From positions 62,001 through 126,000 of the forward strand of contig JBDRRP010000115.1 in the NCBI GenBank assembly GCA_043825735.1: a DNA stretch of 64,000 nucleotides, in the 5' to 3' direction. Each line of letters starts with the position of its first letter. The first letter of the stretch is position 1. The position numbers were made by a program, and so were the translations under genes. This stretch comes from Pseudomonadota bacterium (lineage in GTDB: Bacteria > Desulfobacterota > Desulfobacteria > Desulfobacterales > JBDRRP01). A model generated the notes under the pieces. That model saw nothing but the letters and a program-made list of their open reading frames with translations. It did not search any database and had not been told where the DNA came from. Below are positions 27,923 to 36,791 of this stretch, piece after piece.

Positions 27923-30900
27923 AAGTCTCCCCCCCGATCAGCTTCTGATACAGCCCAACCCATGCCGACTCCCCGACGAACTGGAGCGGGATCTTTACAT
28001 GCTCTTCGGGGCCGGTAACCAGTTCCCGGAAATCCTCGACCCGCATCGTGGACACAGGCCCGAGAAACAGGGGCGAATCATACTGCTTGAGGTAGGCATC
28101 GATCGCGGCCCGGCGGTTCGGGAAGCCAATGAAAACCTTGTCCTCATCATAAAATTCAGGACAGGCGCAATCGTGGACGTGCTCACCGCACTGGGGGCAG
28201 GTCTCGGAACCCCAGGCCTTTACCTTGGCGATGTCGTGTTGCTTGACCACGTAAACATGCTGGGCGCCCCGGTCCGGCCCGACATAGACATCGATGCCTT
28301 CGTCGTCCTCGCCCTTTGTCCGGCGGATGTAGCCGTAATCGAAGTGCATCTTGGTTTTCCACTCATGCCCGTCCGGATCCGTGCCCTTTCGAACCGACCC
28401 GGCCTTATTTTCGACCGATATCGGCATGCCTTGGAACTGGTAGCGGTCCTGAAGGGTGAAGCGTTTTTTCTTAAACTCAACCGCGGCTGTCTTCCCGGCA
28501 GACTCGAAAAGCCCCTTCTGCGGCTCGCTCTCCTGGATCGCGCGCGCCAATAATTCTGATATCGTCGGCTCTGGCCGGTTTTCCTCCTGGATTTTCGATT
28601 GCTGCAGGTCCATAAAAAACGCCCGCAGTATCCCGGCCATCCGGCCGAAAACTGCACCCATGCGGGTCTGGCGGCGAATATTGGCATCAATGTACCGAGC
28701 GATCGGCTTTGCGTCCTCGGACACGGACTCGAACAGGCGTCCCTGGGCGATGACCTCATCGATCTGTTGCGCATCTGAGCGGGACCGCCTCACCAGGTTC
28801 ACGGCGGCCACCAGGGCCGCGGTGAGTTTGTCTACGGCCGTCTTCGCGGGGGGCAGGACCTTCAGCTTGGCGAAGTCCTTGGCGCCGATCGTCAGCGCGG
28901 CCAGGACGTTTTTCAGGTCCGGGTTTGCCTCCTCGGCCACCAGCGCGAGCAGGTTCGCGTCACCGTAGGCGCGGTGGAATATCGCGGCCCTAGCCCGGTC
29001 CGCGAGTTGGCGCGTCGCCTGGCCCGAGGCCGTCGTCAGGCCGGTGGCCTCCTGTGCGCCCAGCATACCGACAAACTTTTCCATGAAGGCGCGATTGCCG
29101 GCACTGAGCAGGTCGCCGTCATCGGTGGGCCGGAGAGCGTCCAGGGCGGCGTCGGGCAGGCGCCGGGCGTCCATCTGGGCAAGCTCCGCCGGGCTCATGG
29201 TGCCCATGTCCGTGACGTTGGACTTTTCGGCCACGTCGGTCCTCGAGATTTCGGTCCGCCGGATCCGAACCAGGACCGGCCGGGTGAAGCCTTCCATGGC
29301 GGCTTTATCGATGCCGAACTTGGCCGCGTTGGCTCCCAGCCAGGCCCGATATTGCGGGGCATCATCGCGCGCGTAGCGCTTCCGTAACGCGATGGTCCGC
29401 CCGTTGCCGGACTCAACCACCAGGTCAGGGCCGACAATCGGGGACCCGGTGGAGGTCTGCAAGGATCCGCCCATCCGGTCCGGGTTGATCTTGGTGGCGA
29501 TCTGCTCGACTTGGAGTTGCATCGCATCCCGGGTGCGGTCCCGCGGTTGGAGTTCGGCCGGGAACTCCTCATTTACTGCCATGCTTTCGGTGTGAGATGT
29601 CACCATGTCGCCGGCATCAACCACTGCATACTGGAGGTGAAGCATCCGGTCATCGCTCAGGTAGGAGCGGGTCGGCCGGCCGGTCACCACTTTCGCTTTG
29701 ATCTTCTGCCCGTTTCTGGTAATATTCTCCGCATCAAAAGGAGGTGGCGGAATGTCACTGAGTGCCAATTTCAGGTTTGCGGAAAAAGAGGATGTGCCCT
29801 TTGCAATCGAACGGTCCTGCGGCAAATTGTTCCGGATGGACGGCAGGTCGATGGAGAAGTGGGTGGAGATCACCGACCCGGACAGCTTCGCCAGAATCAG
29901 GTCCAATGTATCCGAGGTCTCGGAATCCGAGGCGATGCTGCTGGCCGATGAACTGGAAGAAGACATCGCGGCCTTGCGGTAATATTTCACGCTCAACTTC
30001 CGGAGCGTCTCAGAATACCCCATCGCCATATAGGCCAAATCGCCATTTTTCTCCGTGTCTTTGGCGATAGAGTCGATCTGGCGTTTCACCTCGTAGATCT
30101 TGTGCCCCAGCCCCTTTTCTTTGGCGGTTAGAATAGCTTCGGTGTTGAGCTGCAGCTCGCACAGGTGCCCCCCGACGCTGGCGGCGAAGAGAACATCCAT
30201 GTAGCCGTCATCTGTCGGTTTCTCGAATCTGTTCTTCGCCTTGTAGACCGCCGGGTCGGCCACGATCATGCGGTAGGCCGCCGCCACCTGCTCGACCGTA
30301 TCGAAGATGATCATCCCGCCCACGATATCGGTGAGCCGGGCCGCAACCCCGCCGTAGTCGTTGGCCACCTTTTCGCCGGCCCGTTTTTTCCCCTTGAGCC
30401 CTGGTCTCAGCATCAGCTTTCCGCCGGTGCGTTTCGCGTAGGACTCTGCCCACTCCCGGAATGCCGGTTGTGCCTTCTCGGCCTGCTCGTAAACCGCATC
30501 CAATGATTTTTGGGCCGCGACCTGCTGCTTGAGGCTTCTTTTGATTTCGACTACGGCCTCGGTCTCCCCCAGATCCATCAAGGCTCGCAGGGTTGTGTTG
30601 CCGTCCAGCACCTTGAACTTGCCGTTGCCCATTTCGAAGACAGAGATAGGCTTGCGCTTCTCGCCCATCCCATCTTTAGCCGCGGCCATGCGCCCATGCG
30701 CCGTCTTGAGCCGCTCCGGGTCCGCGGCCTCACGGGGCACCAGGTCAGACAGCTTCATGACCACCGACCGGAAGGTGTCCTTGAAATAGGGCGAGTTGTG
30801 GCTCGGCGGCGCTCCGAATACCTTTCGGAAAATCCCCGAAATGTCGTCCATGTCGTCTGCCAGGGCCAGGTCGCTTCGGAAGTCGTAGCCTCCGAGAGCC

Positions 30901-31574
30901 GCATCCTCCATGATGCCCATATCACGCACGACCGGTACCGCCAGGTCGTCATAGAGTTTGACCATGCCTGGATCCTTTTCATTTGTGATTTCGAGGTCCC
31001 CGTGGCCGAGACCTTTCAGCCATGCCAGGACCCGAGGGATCTGCTCCGGTTCGGCGGCCCGGGCGGTGAAGATTTTCACCGTGTCGCCGTCTGCCAGGTG
31101 CTGGCGCAGGCGGGCGAGCATTGATTCAACCGGCGGGCCGATCTCTCCGGCACCGGCGGTCTGGGCCAGGGTGCCGTCCAGGTCGAACCCGACCCACGGC
31201 GCCCAGGCCGACTCGGCAACCATGCCCACCGGATCCTCGCCCCCGCCGTCGTCCAGCATTTCGGATGGGACAAAGCCCTGGACCTCGAAGTCGGTCAGGC
31301 TGTCATCGGCCCGGGCCAGAAGGGCGGAATAGATGTCCACAGGGCGGGCCAGGTCCAAAGAAACGGCGGTACCCCGCAGGCCACGGCCGTGGTATCGGAA
31401 GTAGTCCTGCACCAGTCGGCCGGCCCCGGGGCTCCCAAGGTCATCGACAGTCACCGCGGCCGGCAGGTCCCACTCGGTCGGTTCGATCCGGATCTGAGCG
31501 AATCCGGCGGCAGTGGTGATGCCGAAAAAGTATTCTGAGGCCGGGTAGACCGGCAAAGCGTCGTCTGACATCAC
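27915..31574 (-). CDS. Polyvalent protein: HAD, ParB-like, RelA/SpoT-like, DdrB-type ParB and InPase-like domains
   Basis: FDLDGTL/IFTAR/YDD; VLDGNT; GLK...EK, LTDIV, GYMD, ELQ, HKIYE; LQPRDR/ESGNGR; ISVENKAGSVR/DYGYIRRT/DEDKV. Confidence 0.82.
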   Translation of the reverse strand: MMSDDALPVYPASEYFFGITTAAGFAQIRIEPTEWDLPAAVTVDDLGSPGAGRLVQDYFRYHGRGLRGTAVSLDLARPVDIYSALLARADDSLTDFEVQGFVPSEMLDDGGGEDPVGMVAESAWAPWVGFDLDGTLAQTAGAGEIGPPVESMLARLRQHLADGDTVKIFTARAAEPEQIPRVLAWLKGLGHGDLEITNEKDPGMVKLYDDLAVPVVRDMGIMEDAALGGYDFRSDLALADDMDDISGIFRKVFGAPPSHNSPYFKDTFRSVVMKLSDLVPREAADPERLKTAHGRMAAAKDGMGEKRKPISVFEMGNGKFKVLDGNTTLRALMDLGETEAVVEIKRSLKQQVAAQKSLDAVYEQAEKAQPAFREWAESYAKRTGGKLMLRPGLKGKKRAGEKVANDYGGVAARLTDIVGGMIIFDTVEQVAAAYRMIVADPAVYKAKNRFEKPTDDGYMDVLFAASVGGHLCELQLNTEAILTAKEKGLGHKIYEVKRQIDSIAKDTEKNGDLAYMAMGYSETLRKLSVKYYRKAAMSSSSSSASSIASDSETSDTLDLILAKLSGSVISTHFSIDLPSIRNNLPQDRSIAKGTSSFSANLKLALSDIPPPPFDAENITRNGQKIKAKVVTGRPTRSYLSDDRMLHLQYAVVDAGDMVTSHTESMAVNEEFPAELQPRDRTRDAMQLQVEQIATKINPDRMGGSLQTSTGSPIVGPDLVVESGNGRTIALRKRYARDDAPQYRAWLGANAAKFGIDKAAMEGFTRPVLVRIRRTEISRTDVAEKSNVTDMGTMSPAELAQMDARRLPDAALDALRPTDDGDLLSAGNRAFMEKFVGMLGAQEATGLTTASGQATRQLADRARAAIFHRAYGDANLLALVAEEANPDLKNVLAALTIGAKDFAKLKVLPPAKTAVDKLTAALVAAVNLVRRSRSDAQQIDEVIAQGRLFESVSEDAKPIARYIDANIRRQTRMGAVFGRMAGILRAFFMDLQQSKIQEENRPEPTISELLARAIQESEPQKGLFESAGKTAAVEFKKKRFTLQDRYQFQGMPISVENKAGSVRKGTDPDGHEWKTKMHFDYGYIRRTKGEDDEGIDVYVGPDRGAQHVYVVKQHDIAKVKAWGSETCPQCGEHVHDCACPEFYDEDKVFIGFPNRRAAIDAYLKQYDSPLFLGPVSTMRVEDFRELVTGPEEHVKIPLQFVGESAWVGLYQKLIGGETYA
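29698..29745 (+). promoter_or_regulatory. Internal sigma70-like promoter and RBS for the nested antisense gene
   Basis: TTGATC, 16 bp spacer, TAATAT with extended TG; then AAAGGAGGT. Confidence 0.6.
29752..29982 (+). CDS. 76-aa acidic protein fully nested antisense within the polyvalent gene
   Basis: AGGAGGT six bases upstream of the ATG; natural-looking sequence, while the host frame reads as a Ser-rich linker here. Confidence 0.7.
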   Translation: MSLSANFRFAEKEDVPFAIERSCGKLFRMDGRSMEKWVEITDPDSFARIRSNVSEVSESEAMLLADELEEDIAALR

Positions 31575-31891
31575 CTATCCCTTACCTTGACCCGCATTTC
31601 GACTTCGTACTTGTTGGCGTCTGTTGTCACGCACCGAAAATCAATTTTATACGGTGATGCTGCCTCGGATCCGCCCCTGCAACGGATCGTCAGGGTTGAG
31701 ACCCCGATGGACAGCGTGTCCTGATCGAGAAAGGTGTCGCTTACGTCATTGCCGGCGTTGTCCATTGCTGTGATATGGTTGCCCTCTGTGCCGGTCTCTC
31801 CATCATCGAGGGTTTCCCCAGTGGCAAGTTCTGCCGCAAAGTCGCCGGCCACAAAAAACGCCTCCCATGGTTGCTTTTCTATCGAAACCAT
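31571..31891 (-). CDS. Small beta-rich virion accessory/fibre adaptor-like protein
   Basis: GGAGG RBS; KQPWE...DF start; alternating beta-strand pattern. Confidence 0.55.
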   Translation of the reverse strand: MVSIEKQPWEAFFVAGDFAAELATGETLDDGETGTEGNHITAMDNAGNDVSDTFLDQDTLSIGVSTLTIRCRGGSEAASPYKIDFRCVTTDANKYEVEMRVKVRDR

Positions 31892-32051
31892 TTCACCTCC
31901 GGGCAGCGCGGATTCTTAGCGCGATATATGCTATTTTTCTTCTAAAGCGAGCCCTAACCGTTTCATCTGTGCGAGCGACCCCCACCAACTCATCGCCAAA
32001 AGTCATCGGGAATTTCAACGGAAAAATAGATGAGTTCAAATCGCACCCCCA

Positions 32052-32804
32052 TCAATACGTGAACAATGAAAATGCCGTGGCATAATACACATCGCCATCG
32101 TAGTCGCCACCGTAAAGAGTGAAATCGTTTATCCCCTGAAGCTCTATATTGATCGGCGCCCACGCATCGGCGACGGTTAGTGGATATGAGTCAAGGACGT
32201 TGTTTAAATAGTCTTCAATCGCACCCACCCCTGTCGATGTGGGCACAGATATGAACGGCGCATTCTCAACCGGAGTTGCCGCCGGGCGGTACATCCAGAA
32301 CGTGAGGCGAGCCATCCTATTGGCTTCAGTTTTGTTAGTATAATTGTTTAGGGGTCTGATCCCAGCATAGGCGCCGCCGACATTTGAAATCCTTGCCACA
32401 TTTACAGCCGGAGGATTACCAATGCCGAAACTGCTATAACTCCCAACCACGACAGTATCGGCCCCATCTATGCCCCACTTTTCGAGAGTGCCGGTTTCAA
32501 ATGATCCATTTGAAACATAGCCAGAACCAAAAAACACTGGCGACCTTGCGCCGATATACGCCCACCCTCCAGATTGCGAATACAGGAACTCGCCAGCCTG
32601 CAAAAGAGCATCTCTCATGGGCACGATAATGTTTGCGCCAGCCGGATCAAACACAACAGCGTTTCCAGGCAAAGAATTGAATTTAAAGCGCACCCTATGT
32701 CCATCGGGGAACCACCCAGCCGGGTGAATATTGGCAATACTCCCACCGGCGCAAGTCATGACAAACTCGTTCCCATCTTGGTGCCTAAAGTAATGATCAC
32801 TCAT
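32052..32804 (-). CDS. Putative carbohydrate-binding virion protein
   Basis: NGSFETG...W motif typical of CBM4/9-like jelly rolls. Confidence 0.5.
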   Translation of the reverse strand: MSDHYFRHQDGNEFVMTCAGGSIANIHPAGWFPDGHRVRFKFNSLPGNAVVFDPAGANIIVPMRDALLQAGEFLYSQSGGWAYIGARSPVFFGSGYVSNGSFETGTLEKWGIDGADTVVVGSYSSFGIGNPPAVNVARISNVGGAYAGIRPLNNYTNKTEANRMARLTFWMYRPAATPVENAPFISVPTSTGVGAIEDYLNNVLDSYPLTVADAWAPINIELQGINDFTLYGGDYDGDVYYATAFSLFTY

Positions 32805-32807
32805 GCC

Positions 32808-33407
32808 TTACCCCCATGCACCAGAGCCGGTTTTCACCCACGCTGATCGCAAGAATGTGAATTCACCCCACTGTCCAGGTCCAATCTCGTCGCCTGTCGG
32901 GGAGAATTCAATCATCCCTCCGTATGCAGTGGTCATTTTTTCAATCGTCCCGAAATTTAGAGTTGCACCGGGGCTTTCATTGTTTGCGGTGAGTGCTAAG
33001 TCAAAGGGACTTTCGCCGTGGACACTGATTGCCTCAAAATAGAGGCGATTTTCCAAGAAATATGCCTGGACGCCGGGCAGTGATGCGACAATATCGGCTA
33101 TCGTGTCTTTCCATTTTCGCACCGGAGGCGTTGCAGTGATGGTCACACTTGTACCAACCATTGCCCCCATCGGAGTGACGCCAGAAATCGTAATGGTGTC
33201 GCCAATCATCCCGCCGCCAACCGTAATGTCGCTTTGCTCATTAATGCCGTATCCAAGAGAAAAAACAACTCCAGTCCTGAAAACCACGCACTCACTATTG
33301 AACACTTTTACCGTATCGCCCGGCAAAAACGAACCGCTCGGGGAAAGCCCTCTATCTGTTCCCATCGGATGTAAAAACAGTGTAGTTTGGTCCCTTGTGA
33401 AGTCCAT
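32808..33407 (-). CDS. Hypothetical beta-rich protein
   Basis: G/T/V-rich ORF tightly packed in the operon. Confidence 0.6.
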   Translation of the reverse strand: MDFTRDQTTLFLHPMGTDRGLSPSGSFLPGDTVKVFNSECVVFRTGVVFSLGYGINEQSDITVGGGMIGDTITISGVTPMGAMVGTSVTITATPPVRKWKDTIADIVASLPGVQAYFLENRLYFEAISVHGESPFDLALTANNESPGATLNFGTIEKMTTAYGGMIEFSPTGDEIGPGQWGEFTFLRSAWVKTGSGAWG

Positions 33408-34594
33408 TATACGATTGCTCCGATGGTTATGGTTTTTTGCTGCGGGACGACAACATTTGAAAATGGAAGAAGCGATGGAATAACCACGTCACCATAATTT
33501 CTTCCAATGAAAACCGAGCCTGTCGTGTCTTTCCCGATTATCGGCGTTGTGCAGTTTAGAAAATTGTTCTCGGCAATAACGGCATGCGACCCAGCGCCGG
33601 GGTTGACGGATATAATCATAGAGCCGCCATTGCCATTTCTAAATTCATTGCCCTCTATGCGAGCCATGAAGGGCCTCGTATCGCCTGGATTTACCGAAAT
33701 CCCCGAATAGCCAATCAGACTATTGAAATCGACAATGTTGTCTCGGAAAATAAGCGATCCCTGACTCGCCAAAATAATGCCGCCATACCAGTCGATAAAG
33801 TGACATCCGATGATCTCGGCATCGTCCTCCTGGAGCGCCGCCGCAAGAATAAGCATCGGTTGCCCCTGCCCTGCCCATGCGGCCCCTTCGGTTTTAAATA
33901 CGCAATCGTGAATCTTGTTCCTAAATGTGCCAGTACATGAGTTGATCGCACCATCGAAGTTATCGATAAATACGTTGCGAAAGCACTTATAATCCTTCCC
34001 GGTTGTCGGCTCCCATGCCCCATTTCCGCCGCTCGCCTTGATGATACTGTCAACTGTAACGTGATCCTCGCATTGAATAATTCCAACAGCGTTTCCATGC
34101 CACCCGTGGATGTCGCCACCCACAACGCTGGAGTGCCTCACTCGATAGAGATATACCGCGCACCCGGCAGTCGGGAACGATCCATTTCCTTCCGGCTTAG
34201 AGTCACCAACCCAGTCATTTGCCCCCGGCCTTGTCGTCCACGAGCCGTCCATTTCGCCGCCGAGAATATGGATATGCTCGTTGCCAGTCACCCTATCGGC
34301 GTTCTGGAATAAGTTGTTCGGAACATCGGGAGTTTGCGTGTCAACGATGAACTTTGCTGCGCGGGCGTCAATGACCGTATAGCTTGGAATGTCGATCTCT
34401 GCCTGCGGCTCATGGACCCCTGAAATAACGATCAGGCGAGGCGGGTCAGTGGCATTGATGGCGGCCTGAATGTCCTGCCCAGGTCCAACATGGGTGATGT
34501 GAGCAGTATTCCAGAGCGCCGCCACCATCGAGTTGAATTCTGCCGGGGTCAACTGGTCCCCGATGGCCTTTGTTGGAATATTAAACGATGGCAT
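33407..34594 (-). CDS. Right-handed beta-helix (pectin lyase-like) protein, possible depolymerase
   Basis: DIQAAIN cap; repeated I.GN.F, I.EN.F and FRDN.V rungs. Confidence 0.7.
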   Translation of the reverse strand: MPSFNIPTKAIGDQLTPAEFNSMVAALWNTAHITHVGPGQDIQAAINATDPPRLIVISGVHEPQAEIDIPSYTVIDARAAKFIVDTQTPDVPNNLFQNADRVTGNEHIHILGGEMDGSWTTRPGANDWVGDSKPEGNGSFPTAGCAVYLYRVRHSSVVGGDIHGWHGNAVGIIQCEDHVTVDSIIKASGGNGAWEPTTGKDYKCFRNVFIDNFDGAINSCTGTFRNKIHDCVFKTEGAAWAGQGQPMLILAAALQEDDAEIIGCHFIDWYGGIILASQGSLIFRDNIVDFNSLIGYSGISVNPGDTRPFMARIEGNEFRNGNGGSMIISVNPGAGSHAVIAENNFLNCTTPIIGKDTTGSVFIGRNYGDVVIPSLLPFSNVVVPQQKTITIGAIV

Positions 34595-34626
34595 CTTGCG
34601 GCCTCAAAATAAGGTTGGACCCGTTC

Positions 34627-36456
34627 TCAGGTGTTGATCATAGGGATGCTGATATCTGGTATTTTCCACTTCGTTTTGTCAGTGATAAGCGGGCTCGGAA
34701 TGTGATTTTCTTTAATACTCCTGTCGATGTGGTAGGACATATTTCTGGCCCACTCGCGCCCGCCCATCTGTTCGGCCATGATATAGAGATACATGAACAT
34801 CCGCGCGGTCCGGCCGGACTTGAAATATCCAAGGACCGTTTGCTCGCCAGGCCCAGTTTTCAGCATCGCCACATGCTGGTTTTTCCGCCACCCGGATGTG
34901 ATCACATATTCGGATCCCTGGATCCTGGCCTCGATGTCTCTGCTTTTCTTTTCCAGTTCCTTGTAAAACGCCTTTCCTGCCTCCTCCACGGTCCGCTTCT
35001 CAGCCGTGACCGCGTTGTCAGATTCTATCGCCGTGCGCTCAAGCTCTCCCATGGGCGTCCGCATCACCCCGACCATGAGTTGAAACATTTCCGGGTCCCG
35101 GTCCATCAACTCCACACACCCGCTGGGGTGCGCAAACTGCTGCATCCCCATGGACAGGATCTCGGTGTAGCCATCCCGGTAAACCTTGCCGACGTAGGCG
35201 TCGAAAAACTTGTCCTCGTAGGCGATTTCGTCAGATTTAAAGAGTTTGTTTTTTTTGATCCGACGGAGCGTTTTGGGAGTGGCACCGCTTGACTTGCGGC
35301 CGGTCCGGATGTCCAGGAAATCGTTAGCCATTGCTTTGATCCGCTGGTGGCGTTCGAGCAGATGGCCCATCTCATGCCACAGGGTCACTTTATTGAAGGT
35401 CCCATCCATGCTGATCGTGGCCTCGACAATAGCAGCACTCGCCCGCCTCTTCCCCTTGGTCTCGATCGTCACCCGGTTCGCCCGGCCGCCGGTCAGCCGG
35501 TAGAACTCCGCCATGTCCTTTCGAACCTGCTCCTCGGTGTAGCCAATTTTGCGCAGGCGCCGCTTTGCCCCGTCGGTGATGGTCTGACTGCCGGCCCAGT
35601 CGTCGGCCGCCTCCTGCGTGATCTCAGACGTTTCCAGGGCGTGATCCAGCACCCGCCTGCGGAGGTCGCCTTCGGCGGACGTTCGTTCGACATGCAGTTT
35701 CCCCAGTTCGGCCTCGATGTCCTTTGTGCGCTCCCAGTGCTCGGAGTTGGCCGCCCGCCGCATCAGGAGCACTTCATTCGTAATGGCGCTGATCTTTTTT
35801 TTGATCGGCGACACAACTTGGTTGTATTCCGCCGCAATCCTTGCCTGTTCCTCACCGTATGCGTCGCGTGGAAGCTCACCGCGTGCGATTTTCAGGTTCA
35901 GGTCGGTCATGCCTGCGATATATTCGTCGTGAGCCTTTCGGAGCGCATCCTCCGCCGCGAAAAGACCCGCTCGCTCCTTATACTCGTCGATTTCTCGGCC
36001 CTTGGTGGCGGCCAGCAGTTTCGATGATGCCTCGATGATTTTGGCCAGTTTGTAGATTTTGCCGACGATTTCGGCCAGCGCCGCGTTCTGACTGTGCACC
36101 GCCTCGGGTAGCGCGCCTGCAGCGAGATATGTCTCCCTGGCAATCTGGCCAACGGGCCGGTCTGGCTTGAGGGCATCGATATCGGCCAGAAATGCGTCAT
36201 AGTCGGCGCCGATCATCTCCATGTCGTCCCGGTAATGGCGCACGTTAAGGAATATGTGCGCCCCCCACTCGGCCCGGTCTATCGGGTTGACAGCCGCCTT
36301 GGCATGGCGGACCAGTGTCAGGGCTTTTTCGGCCCTGGCAACCCGATCTTTCCAGTTGTCGACAGAGAAATAGAACGTGGAGGCGACCACGGCCGCCAGG
36401 TCGTCAAAGGTCATCGCTGCGGTAATGGCCGCAGCGATATGTTCAGGTACCGCCAT
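34627..36456 (-). CDS. Zincin-like metallopeptidase-domain protein of the Dar locus
   Basis: LWHEMGHLLE (HExxH) with downstream YTEILSMG; helical N-terminal region. Confidence 0.75.
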   Translation of the reverse strand: MAVPEHIAAAITAAMTFDDLAAVVASTFYFSVDNWKDRVARAEKALTLVRHAKAAVNPIDRAEWGAHIFLNVRHYRDDMEMIGADYDAFLADIDALKPDRPVGQIARETYLAAGALPEAVHSQNAALAEIVGKIYKLAKIIEASSKLLAATKGREIDEYKERAGLFAAEDALRKAHDEYIAGMTDLNLKIARGELPRDAYGEEQARIAAEYNQVVSPIKKKISAITNEVLLMRRAANSEHWERTKDIEAELGKLHVERTSAEGDLRRRVLDHALETSEITQEAADDWAGSQTITDGAKRRLRKIGYTEEQVRKDMAEFYRLTGGRANRVTIETKGKRRASAAIVEATISMDGTFNKVTLWHEMGHLLERHQRIKAMANDFLDIRTGRKSSGATPKTLRRIKKNKLFKSDEIAYEDKFFDAYVGKVYRDGYTEILSMGMQQFAHPSGCVELMDRDPEMFQLMVGVMRTPMGELERTAIESDNAVTAEKRTVEEAGKAFYKELEKKSRDIEARIQGSEYVITSGWRKNQHVAMLKTGPGEQTVLGYFKSGRTARMFMYLYIMAEQMGGREWARNMSYHIDRSIKENHIPSPLITDKTKWKIPDISIPMINT

Positions 36457-36791
36457 CAGGCGGCCTTGTCCTTGTTGACCTCGATGTAGCGGATCGTCGG
36501 CTCTTTGACCGGCTCAATGTCTTGGATCTCGGCCACGATTTCCTTGAGGATGGCCAGGAACCGCTCCGGTTCCTCACCGTTGAACTTGCCAGCGATCAGG
36601 TCGGCCAGTTTCTGGTTCTCGGCGGCCTTGTCCGGGCTCTGGTCGATGGTCGCGTTGAGTTTGGCCAGGGCGTCGGCGATTTCCTTTTGGACCCGACGCT
36701 TTTCTGAAAAGGACAGCCCGGTGTCCAGCCCGGCCAGGCCGTCCTTGACGATCTTCTGCAGTTTGCGCTTTTCGGAAAAGGACAGCATCAC
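36456..36791 (-). CDS. DdrA-like small protein
   Basis: Position after darA and size; internal LSFSEKR duplication. Confidence 0.55.
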   Translation of the reverse strand: MMLSFSEKRKLQKIVKDGLAGLDTGLSFSEKRRVQKEIADALAKLNATIDQSPDKAAENQKLADLIAGKFNGEEPERFLAILKEIVAEIQDIEPVKEPTIRYIEVNKDKAA

